Shown one piece after another: positions 33,828 to 46,146 of a stretch of DNA of 64,000 nt. The notes under the pieces were generated by a model. That model searched no databases. It was not told the DNA's origin and worked only from the letters and a program-made list of their open reading frames with translations. The translations under genes and the position numbers were made by a program. Numbering within the stretch: the first letter of the stretch is position 1; each line of letters begins with the position of its first letter. This DNA comes from Amoeboaphelidium occidentale (lineage: Eukaryota). The stretch lies in NCBI GenBank assembly GCA_023515795.1, contig JALGPX010000005.1:62001-126000 (forward strand), given 5' to 3'.

Positions 33828-36108
33828 ATGGACGCATTATTTGACGGATACACTCCTGCATTTACCACTGTTTTCTTAGCATTAGCAATTTGGATACTTA
33901 TGAAGCCTAAACAGCAAAAGAGAAAATTTAAAGTTCCGGAATGCCAAACGTACCTAACATCGCGAGCAAGTTAACCATTTAGTATTGCATCTGCAACTAG
34001 GAAGGAGGGCGAGTCTGCTATTTACCGCAACCCAATTACTCCATTTGGTCAGCCGTTGTTGGTATCGCACAAGAAGTATGAGCACATCACGAATATGTAT
34101 GAGGGGTTCTTGAATGGTTTAAAGTTTGGTGAAGCTAGAAGTTGTTTAGGAAAGCGCACTAACAATGGTCCGTACGTTTACGAATCTTACGGAGAAATTC
34201 ATGACCGCATTAAGGCTTTTGGTTCTGGCTTAATTGAATGTGGTCTTGAGCCAAAGAAGCAGCACTACGTTGGTGTGTATGCTAAAAACTGTCCTGAATG
34301 GGTTATTGCTGCTTTAGCTTGTGGGGCTTATAGCTTCATCATTGTTCCATTATATGACACACTTGGCCATAATGCAATCAAGTACATCATTAATCAAACT
34401 GGCATGACTTTGGTTGTTGTTGAGGAAGCAAAGTTGGATGTTCTAATGGGCGTTGCGAAGGAGTGTCCAACGTTCAAGTACGCAGTTAAAATTGGTAATT
34501 TGACCCAAGAAGAGAAGAATAATGCTTTGGAAAATAATTTGACATTGTTCTCTTTCATGGGCTTGCAAAGTTTGGGCAAGGAGAATTTGAAACAGCCCCA
34601 ACCATCGACAATGGATGACTTGATTACCATTTGCTACACTTCTGGTACCACTGGCGATCCAAAGGGAGTCATGCTCACTCACAAAAACTTGATTGCAGAT
34701 GCTAATGCTGTCTTTGCAACAATTCCTGATGAATTCATGTTAAATGAAAATGAAGTGCATTTGTCCTTTTTACCGCTTGCTCATATCTTTGAGCAAATGA
34801 TTATGGTTGCAATTATTTCTGTTGGAGCCCGAATTGCGTTCTATGGAGGCGATGTGTTGAAACTTCTTGATGATGCCGTTGTTGCTAAACCGACCATTTT
34901 TCCTGCTGTGCCTAGATTGTTGAACAGAGTTTACTCTAAAATCTTGTCGACTGTAAAGGAGGCATCTCCTTTGCGCCAATGGATTTTCAATCTCGCGTTT
35001 TCTTCTAAGAAGAATATGACCAAAAAGGGAGTTGTAACAAATGATTCATTCTGGGACCGTCTTGTATTCAAGAAGATCCAAGCCAGATTAGGGGGAAGAG
35101 TTAGATTAATGGTCACTGGAGCAGGTAATCAAAAACTCAAAAATTAATTTTTAGCGCCTATCGCTGCTGATGTATTGGAATTCTTCAGAATTGCATTTGG
35201 ATGTGAAGTCTTGGAAGGTTACGGCCAAACTGAAACATCCGCTGCTTGTACCATTTCGATGATGGGCGATTACAACACAGAGTATGACGGTCATGTTGGT
35301 GCTGTTTTGCCATGTAATATTCCACAATTCTGATTTAAAAACTTTTAGGCAACGAAATCAAGCTGGTTGACATTCCAGACATGGAGTATTTATCCACTGA
35401 TAAACCGAATCCTCGTGGAGAAGTCTGTGTCAGAGGAAACAACGTTTTCCGTGGATACTATAAGATGGAGGAAAAAACAAAAGAGACTTTGGACTCAGAT
35501 GGCTGGTGTCACACTGGAGATGTAAATTTGTAACCATAATCTAACAGACGTATAGGTTGGTATGATCATGCCTAATGGTACTTTGAAAATCATTGACAGA
35601 AAGAAGGATTTGCTGAAACTATCGCAAGGAGAATACGTTGCTTTAACAAAAGTTGAGAATATCTACGTTAAGGCACCATGTATTGCGCAGGTTTACGTAC
35701 ACGGCAACTCGTTAGAGAGGTTTGTTTCCGAAGACTTTATATAATTATTAGCGCTTTGATCGGAATCATTGTACCAGATCCTGAATCATTTGTCAAGTGG
35801 GCAGAGTCCCATAAGTTGCCAACTAATCTTGAAGAATTGTGCAAAAATGAGAAGGCTATCGAATACATCATGAGTGGCTTAATTGCAAAAGGAAAAGAAG
35901 CCAAATTGCATTCGTTTGAACAGGTGAAGGCAATTTACTTGGAGCCAGTTGCATTCTCTGTTGAAAATGAAATGGTAGGCGCCCATTTTCGTAAAAGTAC
36001 TGATCTTTTTAGCTAACCCCATCATTTAAGTTGAAGAGACATGTGATCTCGAAAGCTTACAAGTCTGTCATTGATGGCCTCTACAAAAAAATTAACGCCA
36101 AAAATTAG
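33828..36108 (+). CDS. Long-chain fatty acyl-CoA synthetase (ACSL-like; multiple introns)
   Basis: [52 protein letters not shown]. Confidence 0.92.
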
Positions 36109-36147
36109 TTGGCTCCAATATAATAATGGTGATCTAAAATACTTCTT

Positions 36148-37113
36148 CTATTGAACTTTGGCGCTGAATTGTGCACCAGCCTTCTTGTTTTCAACTATTG
36201 TGCTTGCAACAACGTAATCCAAGTCTATCATGGTCCATTTGATCATATCCTTCAATTTCAAGGATGTTTGAGGCTTAACATCAACATCTAAGTCATTACT
36301 TCTCAGTGTAACTATTATTGGCCTGTTCTTGAATTCATCCTTGTTAACGAGTGAACCATTATGGAAAACATTAAACTTCAAGTCAACCAAAAGTTCTACA
36401 TCAACTTCAATAACCGCAGAGTCCTTCTCTGAGCTTGAATTTTCTACTACGTATTTGATTTCATTGTGTAAAAACCTCATCTTCATTTGCTGCGGCTCTC
36501 CGTTCCGATACGCTGTAACAAATAATCTTGCGTCATTCCAGCGAGTATTGTTTGGGTACACACGCTCAATAGTTGCTTCAACCAGCTGATCATTCTTCCT
36601 CGACTCCCTTAATGACTCATAATAAATTTGCATCAGTCTTCTTCCAAAGAGAGCATCAGGGTTAACATTAGCTTTTGCTGGAGCGTTTGGATCGCCAGTC
36701 GGAATAACAACCGGAACGCTAAAATTGAAATCTGAATCTTCTGACTTGTCAACCTGCAGCCCATTGAGCACTTGAAAGAATGTGCTCAATGATATCGCTG
36801 CACCCAAATTGATGCTCTCCTCTGATAAGTCCGTCTGCAAAGTCAAAGCGTCGGTGTTGAGCTTTAAATTTATCGACTGCTTAATCTGGGCAATGATATC
36901 TTGGAAGATCCCTCTTTTGTTATATTCTACGCCGTCTTTGACGAAAGGCTCCAACCTCCATCGTTCCGGAGCCTTCTGCAGGGGGAATACGTAATAATTA
37001 GTTTTGTTCAATATCATCTTGTTCTCCTCTAGGAACTTCTTCGAAAGTCTTGTAAATGACCTCTTTGTGGAGAACAGCAGTACAGATTTATTTGTCTTCA
37101 GAAGCATTCTCAT
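36148..37113 (-). CDS. Hypothetical protein, probably mitochondrial (possibly Tim44/MAIP1-like fold)
   Basis: 321-aa ORF with a basic presequence-like N-terminus; the fold assignment is tentative. Confidence 0.5.
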   Translation of the reverse strand: MRMLLKTNKSVLLFSTKRSFTRLSKKFLEENKMILNKTNYYVFPLQKAPERWRLEPFVKDGVEYNKRGIFQDIIAQIKQSINLKLNTDALTLQTDLSEESINLGAAISLSTFFQVLNGLQVDKSEDSDFNFSVPVVIPTGDPNAPAKANVNPDALFGRRLMQIYYESLRESRKNDQLVEATIERVYPNNTRWNDARLFVTAYRNGEPQQMKMRFLHNEIKYVVENSSSEKDSAVIEVDVELLVDLKFNVFHNGSLVNKDEFKNRPIIVTLRSNDLDVDVKPQTSLKLKDMIKWTMIDLDYVVASTIVENKKAGAQFSAKVQ

Positions 37114-37115
37114 GT

Positions 37116-37915
37116 TTATCGTCCAACTCGTTGATCAGCGTTTGAGAACGAATACAGCGAAGCACGAACAATTATGGAACTAAGAGAAAGGAACCACGGC
37201 ACGAACCTAAAGGAAAATTAAATTATTCTTTTAAAGTGATATTTACCTTATTTCGCATAGACGCAACTGCCAGAACGGATACTCGCCCAGTTGAAGGCAT
37301 TGGCTTGACCCTGAAACAATTAATAGGTCAGGATCAGGCAATGCTTGCCAGTCTAGAATTTAGCACGGCTCTGATCTCGCGATAACCTGAAATGTTTTGT
37401 ACTGTGAGTTCTTTCCGCTTAGTCGTACTTAACTTCGAATAGCGTTTCAGCGTTTGTTCAATGCCGCAGACGCCATGATGCAGAAGCACAACTTCTAATC
37501 CCTTTCGATCTAAAGTTCCACTAAGTTCCTTTAGATTTGATAAATCTTGGATCTCATAAGATATTGATTTAAGTCTTTCGTTCAAGCTTTCCATGTAAAC
37601 GCAACTGTCTTTGCTTAAATGCCCTAAAACGGTTGAGTCCCTGGAACATTCCGACTTATAAACGCAACATTCTTTAATAAAAATAGAAAGCAACTCCAAT
37701 TTGGGGTTGTAATACACCAAAGTTCTTATGAAATATTCCAACTGATCAAATCCAAGTGGCTGTGCCAAGTACAGGCTTACATGCGCTGGTAACTTCTTTA
37801 AATCCGTTCTATCATAATTCCATGCGTCTTTAATAAGTCGGAATGTCTCAAGGATTGCTGTAAGTATGGAAGTGGTAAGGCTAAGAAACCAGAACAGAAG
37901 TAATAACGATTTCAT
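37116..37915 (-). CDS. NUS1: Dehydrodolichyl diphosphate synthase subunit Nus1/NgBR (introns near the 3' end)
   Basis: KKLPAHV, then after splicing LPDPDLLIV...[11 protein letters not shown] and C-terminal DQRVGR (RxG). Confidence 0.8.
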
Positions 37916-37940
37916 TCAAAAATTGTTTAGCAACAACAAG

Positions 37941-40900
37941 ATGCCTGTCGCAGCACACGGAGGATCATCCCATCAATTCCCGTCACAGTATACTTTGGCA
38001 CAGCGCTTAGACTATTACTACAAGATCATTCAGGCTGTCATCTTAGCGAAGCAACATCCCATCACAGGTAGATTCGGACAAGATCGATATCGAACGCTAA
38101 CTATGGTAGGGCTTCTTCCAGCTTCCGTTGCTGTGAATTCCCATGGGGACTACAGAGATGCTTGGGTTAGAGACAATGTGTACTCTATCCTATGTGTGTA
38201 TGGTATGTTGATCGCTGGTTTAGACTTTGATCGCTGATCTTCAATATATTAGGCTTAGCCATGGCTTATCGCAGAGCAGACGAAGATCAAGGACGGGCTT
38301 ATGAATTGGAGCATGCTGTTGTAAAACTTATGAGGGGCTTATTGAACTCGATGATGAAACAGGCTCACAAGGTCGAGTTATTCAAAAACAAGCAGGCTGT
38401 TGAAAATGCGTTGCATGCAAAGTACTCAACAGCTACCGGTGATACTGTTGTTGGCGATAAAGAATGGGGTCATCTTCAACTTGACGCAACTGGTATATTT
38501 GTTTTATGCCTTGCTGAGATGACGGTAATTCTCTAAACGATTATGTCTGACTTTTCAGGCAAGTGGTATTCAGATTGTATTTTCGTTGGATGAGGTTGAT
38601 TTCATTCAAAACTTGGTGTTCTACATAGAAAGAGCATATCGTACCCCAGATTACGGGATTTGGGAAAGAGGAAACAAGATGAATCATGGCACGCCTGAAC
38701 TTAATTCATCTAGTATTGGCATGGTAGTAGCAGCTTTGCAAGCGATTAATGGTATTAATTTGTTTGGATCAAGAGGAGGTCCATCTTCAGTCATTCACGT
38801 ACTTCCCGATGAAGTCACCCGCAATTACACGACTCTTCATTCAGCCTTACCTCGTGAATCTAATTCTAAAGAGATTGATGCAGCATTGATATCTGTCATC
38901 AGTTATCCTGCGTTTGCAGTTCAAGACGTAAAATTGATTCAAAAAACTAAACATGAGATAATTACGAAGTTACAGGGCAAGTATGGCTGCAAAAGATTTC
39001 TCCGTGATGGACATCAATGTGAACTTGAGGACACTAGGAGACTTCATTATGAGGCTTCTGAATTGAAGGTTTTTGAACATATTGAGTGTGAATGGCCATT
39101 GTTCTTAACTTATTTTATTCTTGATGGCGAATTCAGCGGAGATAAAAAGCAAGTTGAGACTTATCACTCCATTCTGACTCCTATACTTCTGAATTCAAAA
39201 GACGTTGAATCCCACGATTCTCATGCAGCGAAATCGCCGACATCTCCATTGGTCAACAACGGTGATCTATTGGATGCCTCCCATACACCAACTAAGGCGA
39301 ATAACGCCGTGCACTTCCCGAAAACACCTTTGCCGTCAAATACACTGCTTGTACCAGAACTGTATATTCTTCCAAAAGATCTTGTTTACATGGAGAAAAA
39401 AGAACCGAAATCTCAGAAGCGATATCCTAATGAGAATGTGCCGCTGGTTTGGGCACAATCATTGTACATGCTTGGAATGATGATGAAAGAGGAGTTATTG
39501 TTACCATCGGAGATTGATCCTCTTGGAAGGCATTTAATTCCATATTACAGAAGCTCCCATAAAACCGAAGCGACAGTGCAAGTGGTTTTAATCGCAGAGG
39601 ATGCGGGACTACAGCAGAAATTGGCCATGTTTGGCGTTGAGAGTCAAACTCCAGAACAAGCCTCTCCGATAACTATTTCTTTTCCTTCTGCATTGAGAGA
39701 AGCATACAGCGCTTTAGGTGCTAATTCAAAGCTTTCGTTATCGGGAAGACCAAAAAGACCTGTTGGCACTTTGGCAACCTGTAGGATTTACAAGGTTCAA
39801 GGGCGATTGTATGCTTTTACGCCACATTTTATGGACAAAGAAGAGTTCTACATGACCAACGATAACGATTACTTAGGTATCCAACCTTCCATAACGCTTT
39901 AATTTTCTAGTTTCTCTGTTTGAACATGAGTTACTTTTTGTGAAGAACCATTGGAGATATACAGGAAGGCCAACAATGATTGTTTTGTTGACCCATGAGA
40001 TGATGGGGTCCATGAAGAGCAGCGCATCCAACGATAGCATAGCTAGCTTGGAAAAGTCTGCTCCAAATTTGAGACGTGGATTGTTTGTTTCGAATAAGAG
40101 CCGGAAAAGCTTACTCAATTTTATAACTTCCCTTAAAAGCGGCAGTTGCGCCGGAGTTAGAGTAAAGCTTGGTCGGGTCCAGGAGCTAGTATCGACAAGT
40201 TGCATCGAGAGTTTGGATTTCCTCACCAGGAAACTGGAGGAGGGATACGTGATGAAAGATGGTAAGAGATTGTCTTGGCAACAAGTTCTTGGTGGTGTAT
40301 CAGATTCTCAAAAACAGGACACCAAGATGTTTTTGCAATCTTCTATGAATGCTTCCCCTAAAGCAGAGAGTATCGAAAAGTTGACCGAAGTTACAAAACA
40401 ATTTCAAACCTCTATTTCAATCATTGCCAGCCCTAAATGCAAGCCGATTGTAACTAATGGTAATATTTTGCCTTCTCTTGATTTGAGTGGTGTAAACTCG
40501 GCCAAATCTCAACCAAATCTAGGTCGCAATGGAAGTGATTTCAAACTGAGGAGCCATCACAGAGAGTCTTTTCATCGCCCGATGTCTCCACTACAAATAG
40601 TCCGAGATTCTGTTTCCAAGAAAGACGAGACTCATTCTGATTACAATTCTCCAATTACTGGGGTGCAGTCAGAGAAAAGTATTGTCTTCATGTTGGGCGA
40701 TAGATCGTTTTTAAGCCAAGCTATTGATATGCTTTCAAGCTCAGTGAACCTACACGATCAGATCAAAATTTTGCACTACATTCTTTCATGCCACAAAGAT
40801 TCAAGTGTAGTAATACATTTAAAAGATAGTGGAAGCGCCTCGCTGAAGGAACTATTGGAAGAAGTCTACCAAAAAGCTTGTCATCTGAGACTATGGAGCG

Positions 40901-42564
40901 TTGTTCGCTATGCCGCTGCTGTGCTGCGAAAAGTTGTCAACAGTTTAACTATCAATGTTACCGATCTTCTAATTAGACAAAAATACTTAACAATTGGTGT
41001 GGAAGGATCTGAAGTAACAGTATCAGCACCTCTAGGCCCAGATGCTTTAGTTGATATTATCTATAAGCATTGGTATGTTTAATAATTCCTTTTAAATATT
41101 TTTTAGCCAAGACGATGTTAGAATAGCGTCTCTAATTCAAGAAATTCTTATTTATCTTGGAAGCTTTGTGCGGTCTGAGCCGCACTTGTTTGACGGAATT
41201 CTGAGATTAAGAACTCATTTTATCATTCAAATTATGCAAGAGGAAGTACAGCGTCTTAAAAGCTGTGACGGCAAGAAAGCGGTTGAATCTCTTTTAGATG
41301 TAAGCATTTCTTTCTATCATCTGAACTTTAGTTGGCCCCATTTGAAATTAAGGCATTAATAGGTCATATTTTGAGTGCTAAAGATCAGACAAAAGTTTTT
41401 GGCTCTTTCAACTTTTCTGATCCTTCCTGTCTTCCATCTCCTTCGGTATTTGGGACTCCGATAGATTACGGATCCAATGTGGCAAGAATCAAAGTCCAGT
41501 CAGGAGGATATTTCGATGGTAATTTCTCTTTTATAGAGATAAATGGTCATATGTTTCATGAGAATAGTGGAAGGGGATTGAATGTTGTTATTTTGAGTCA
41601 TGAAGATGGTTCTTTGATTGATAGTGAGCATTTTGATACACACATTAATAACGAAGAAGCAGAGGACTTTGCAAAATTAATCGATAATCTTGAGTCAAAA
41701 TCAATTGTTGTAATTTGTGTGAAAGATGACTGTATTGAGCAGATGACAGAGGCAGGTCGTCTTGCTATAGAATCTATTGGTTCAAAAATGATCAGGAGTC
41801 TGTCTTATAGAGATTCCTGGTGTATCATTGGTAGAAAAGACGGCTCGGCGGTAGAGACGATAAGAAAAGCTCGTCATGGCCCAACTGATGTATTAGAGCT
41901 TGAAATCAGCTTTGATAAACTATTTGAAGACCGTGAAGCCACAGGCTTTCCTTTTGCTACAGGAATGAAATCTCTTCCAAGTAAAGGCTATTGGTTAAGA
42001 AGAAGAAAAATTGATGGCTCTTTACAAAGAACCCCGCCAAAGTTTTATGCAAAAGTCCACAGGATTCTTGAAAAATCCTTATCCGGTATCAAGATGAATA
42101 GTGCGCTGTTACCTAGAGATCCTACTGTGAGCGAAAAAACGCCAGAGGAGCTTAATTTTGCTTTGCAAGTTGAAGAATTGATGAATGCTATTGTTGATCC
42201 GGCAGAGAGGCAGATAGCCGTGGAATGTCTTACGGTTGTTGACGATATGGAGAGTAGAAGGCCTGAGATGAGTTTTGGTGGAACTTCCTATCTTGATGTC
42301 ATGATGATTATTAAGGAAGCTTATAAATTATTCTGGGAATCTTGGCTGAACACAGAAGGCATGAAATCAATTGATCCTGCTGGATTGTCGAAAAAGGAAG
42401 AAGTTTTACAGAAGCACAGCTTCTCTCAGTATGAAGCCTTTGCTAAGAAGCTATTTTACGATTTACCAATAGGTGGTAAAGAAGGAACTTTTAGTTTTAT
42501 TGCGCGTGCTGCACTCAAGTCTTTGCCTATTCAAATGGACTTTGGCGAATTTTCATACGAATAA
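37941..42564 (+). CDS. Phosphorylase b kinase regulatory subunit alpha/beta family (GH15-like) with ILEI-like insertion; multiple introns
   Basis: [79 protein letters not shown]. Confidence 0.9.
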
Positions 42565-42701
42565 GAAATCATCGAGTCATTGTGCAACTTTGAAATAGAT
42601 ATTTTGCGTCAGGCTGGTGTATCTCATTTGAAACGGTCGGAGCAGCCCGCGAATCCTTGTCAGTCGCTGAATCTATTTATAGATTTTTTTGGAAAACGAT
42701 A

Positions 42702-44746
42702 ATGAGCGCAACATCTCACTGGGAGGATAACTTTTGGGTACGTAGCAATTCATTTCACGCTTATAGTTTAGGGAGAATCTAACAAGGGCTTCCTTTCATT
42801 GTTCGAACGTCTAGACAAGGCTCAAACAAGCATCAAGGAAGTTGCAGATTTCTTTATCGCAAGGTTTGTACAAAGCCAACCATCTAACTCGTGTTAGATC
42901 TCGAGTTGAAGCAATATATGCGAATGAATTGACAAAAGTTTCAAAGCAGTTGGGACAGAACTCAGATCCTGGGTAACTTTGAGTGATTCGTGAACAAGCT
43001 TATTGATAGGTCCTTACAAAAGGTCCATGAAAAGTTGGCGTATAATTCAGAGATTATTGCCAAGACTCACAACATCTTTGCTAACAGGGTCGTACAGGAG
43101 GTTGAACAGCCTTTGCAACAGTACCTTGAGGTTCAAAAGAGGCTTAGGGCGTCATATGAGCAAGAGTTTGACCGTTTAAACAAGGCAATTGCCAAAGAAC
43201 TTGCCAACATAGAGAAATGTAAAAAGGATTATACTTTAAAAGGAACAGAGTTGACAAAGGCAATCCAGATTGCAGGAAAAGGTCAGACTGACAATATGAC
43301 AAAGAAAGAGTACGAAAAAATCCAGGAGAAAGCCATCAAGTCCAAAAAGGACATGGACGCAGCTGAGCAAGAGTATAAGGCAGCATTGAAGAAATACGAT
43401 GCAGCGCAAGATCAGTATGATGAGAAGCTTAACGAGTTTGCGAGGGAAGTTCAGAAGCTTGAAGCTGAACGCTTGGCAGTGTCGCAAGCATCTTTGAATA
43501 AGATAATGGATTCGCAACTTGAGCTTCTTGGTAACATCACTCAAGGATGCTTCCAAAAAATGAAAGAGAACTTGAATTTGCTAACTCCTGCTGAAGATTT
43601 GACTTTATATTTGGCTCAGCATAAAACAAGCTCTTCTAAGCCTGCGCGCCCAGCATTTCAAAGCTTCTTTGGTAATAATCCAGGTACTGGTAGGCGTCAT
43701 TTAAGTTCTGCAAATCGCAGCAGTAGTAATTTGGCTACGAATTCCAATCCAGGAAGTTCGAATGATTTGGACAAGGGTAGCAGATACAACTCCTCTGATG
43801 CCTTGAAAGATGTCGCAAGAAATAATCTTGTAAGAAGCAAAAGTCAAGTCGATGGCAAAAACATGGCAGATGGAAAATCAAATGAAGCTATTCCTCCGGT
43901 CCCAATGCTGCCAAGATCGCCTTTGTCTTCCAGCTCTATTTCTAATCAAAGATTTAACGGAAATGGTTCGGATGGAGATGTCGCAAAAAGTCCACTTGAT
44001 AATGAAGCATCTCCAAAAACTCCAACCAGCGATGCTAATTCCACGAAAGTAATCAAGAAGGATTCTCTTGGAGATTTGAGCGTCGAAACCAAGAAGGCTC
44101 AAAGAACAGAGGATTCTTATGGTGCAGCACAGTCACATACTGCGCAAGGTAATGCGGTTGCAAAAAGTGATGAAAATCTTGAGAAGGCAACAGTTGCATC
44201 ACCTGATTCTGGCTTCATTTCACCTGGAGTTTCAGAAGCGACTAGGTCAAAAGAGCACTCAGCTAGTAATTTAGCTTCATCTGCTAGTTTCTCTTCATTG
44301 ACTGATCTTGCTCCAGGAACTGTTGAGGCTCTGAAAAAGCGTGTCTTTGCAAGGCGATCCATCAAAATGGAGGGCTGGTTAGAAGTTTGCGAAAATAATA
44401 GCTCTCAATGGGCTAAAAGATGGTGCTCGTTGGAAGGCGGTTATATTTGGTTTTTTGAAAACCAGTCTGACAATGCTAAGGTTCCAGGAGCTGCTAAACC
44501 AAAGTCGATGTTGAGCGTATCCAAAGGTATTGTAAAGAGAGGATTGAATGCATCAGGTTGGTCCGCTCCCACACATGGCTCAGCGAATATTGATAGTTTG
44601 GCCTTCACCTTGACAATCAGTAAGTGTTTTCGTTGTTACCTTGACTAATTTTAGGCGGAAAAAGTGAATGTGTTTTACTGGCACCGAATACAGAAGACTT
44701 GAACTTATGGGTCGAATGTCTTGAAAGTGTAATTCGCAAAAAATAA
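42702..44746 (+). CDS. F-BAR (FCH) domain protein with C-terminal PH domain
   Basis: WEDNFW...GFLSL...FF..R..VEA.YA N-terminus, coiled coils, and PH motifs MEGWL...WAKRWCSL...EDLNLWVECL. Confidence 0.8.
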
Positions 44747-44874
44747 AGCTATTTGCAATGTTTTGTTAGCAAGTCTGCTGAGTGCTCTCGATTGGTGGAT
44801 TGAAGTGTATGTCATGTCATTTTCTACTTCCTCGATATGAAGAACGAAACGTAAGTGGTTTTGTGACAATTCTG

Positions 44875-46137
44875 ATGTCTAGTATAAATATTACACACGA
44901 GGTTTACACCACTGAAGCCGTAGAAGAGGCGTTATTGGCGTTGAAATCAAGAACATTGGTAAATGCTAATGTGAAACGATCAAATTTCAACGGTCCGGTA
45001 CAGAATCAGCAACAAGGCGAAATAGTTCATTCTTCTGTTCTTTCCGGTCCCTTGTCACATCCCGTAAATGCGCTGAGGAGAGTTTCTGGTATTGATAGTT
45101 CAGATCATACATTGAGCAACACTACTCCTGCTGCAAGAGTACCATTATCTCATCATCGTCCTTTTCCTTCGAGTCTATATGAATATCAAGGCGTCAGTGA
45201 TCCTTTGGATACGAGAAACAATATGAAGACTATGGACGCCCTGTTTGACGCTACTTTCTCGGACTTCATACGGAATGAGGAGAATGTTTTGGTGATTGCC
45301 AGACATTTGGCTAGTATTGCCATGCAACATCATGTTCACGTAGTATCAAATGGGCTTAGATGGTTCCTGGAGGGCTGGTCCTTGGAAAGCGTAGCAAAGC
45401 TCTTAAAACTGATGACGCGTGAATGGAGCCCTTTAAAGGCGGGTACATTGATCAATTTGCTGTCTTATGGTTGGTCAGTGAACGAAGCTAACGCCATAAT
45501 ACATGAGAGTAGCTCGATGAAAAACGCTTGCATAGTTTCTTTTAATGCGCTCTCTCCATCGGAATTTCTTAACGTTGCTGCAATGTCTCGTTTGTCAAGG
45601 CATTCTCTGTGGAAGCTAGTTGCAATAATGATGGCAGGAGAGGATCCTATAGTAGCAGCCAAGTTCATAAAAAGTCTTACATGCAGCAGCAATTGGGACT
45701 CAGAGGGCGTGACAGAATTGATAAGTTTTCTTGATGCCGTGCTCGAGTGGGATGAAACATACTTTAAGGGCTTCACTCAAGAGTACATTCGCTGCATTAA
45801 GCAGGAAATATTCTTATGTGGAGACGAAAATATTGATCCTGAAAAGGCTCCTATCGTGTCGAAAATATCGTTTGACTATTTGGCTGCTCTTTACAAGACC
45901 AATCTTGCTTTAGCAAATTACAGATTAGCTCTCGTCGATTTTAGAATGGCTGCATCTAATAGAGCTCCAGGAGAAAAATCAGAGGACGCTCCTGTAAATT
46001 CGCCAAAAGAAGACGAAGAGCAGCAAGGTGTACCTTTGCTGAGCCATGAAGCGAATAGCGAGGATCATGTTGGATTAGTTAAGTCCAACTCGAGTAGTTT
46101 AAGTCTGGATTCTATTGGCCAAGAGAGGGCTCTGTAA
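44875..46137 (+). CDS. Hypothetical protein with helical W-spaced repeats
   Basis: Long ORF with repeated GW[SD]xxxxxxL[IL] units; no family recognised. Confidence 0.6.
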   Translation: MSSINITHEVYTTEAVEEALLALKSRTLVNANVKRSNFNGPVQNQQQGEIVHSSVLSGPLSHPVNALRRVSGIDSSDHTLSNTTPAARVPLSHHRPFPSSLYEYQGVSDPLDTRNNMKTMDALFDATFSDFIRNEENVLVIARHLASIAMQHHVHVVSNGLRWFLEGWSLESVAKLLKLMTREWSPLKAGTLINLLSYGWSVNEANAIIHESSSMKNACIVSFNALSPSEFLNVAAMSRLSRHSLWKLVAIMMAGEDPIVAAKFIKSLTCSSNWDSEGVTELISFLDAVLEWDETYFKGFTQEYIRCIKQEIFLCGDENIDPEKAPIVSKISFDYLAALYKTNLALANYRLALVDFRMAASNRAPGEKSEDAPVNSPKEDEEQQGVPLLSHEANSEDHVGLVKSNSSSLSLDSIGQERAL

Positions 46138-46146
46138 TAAAGGATT

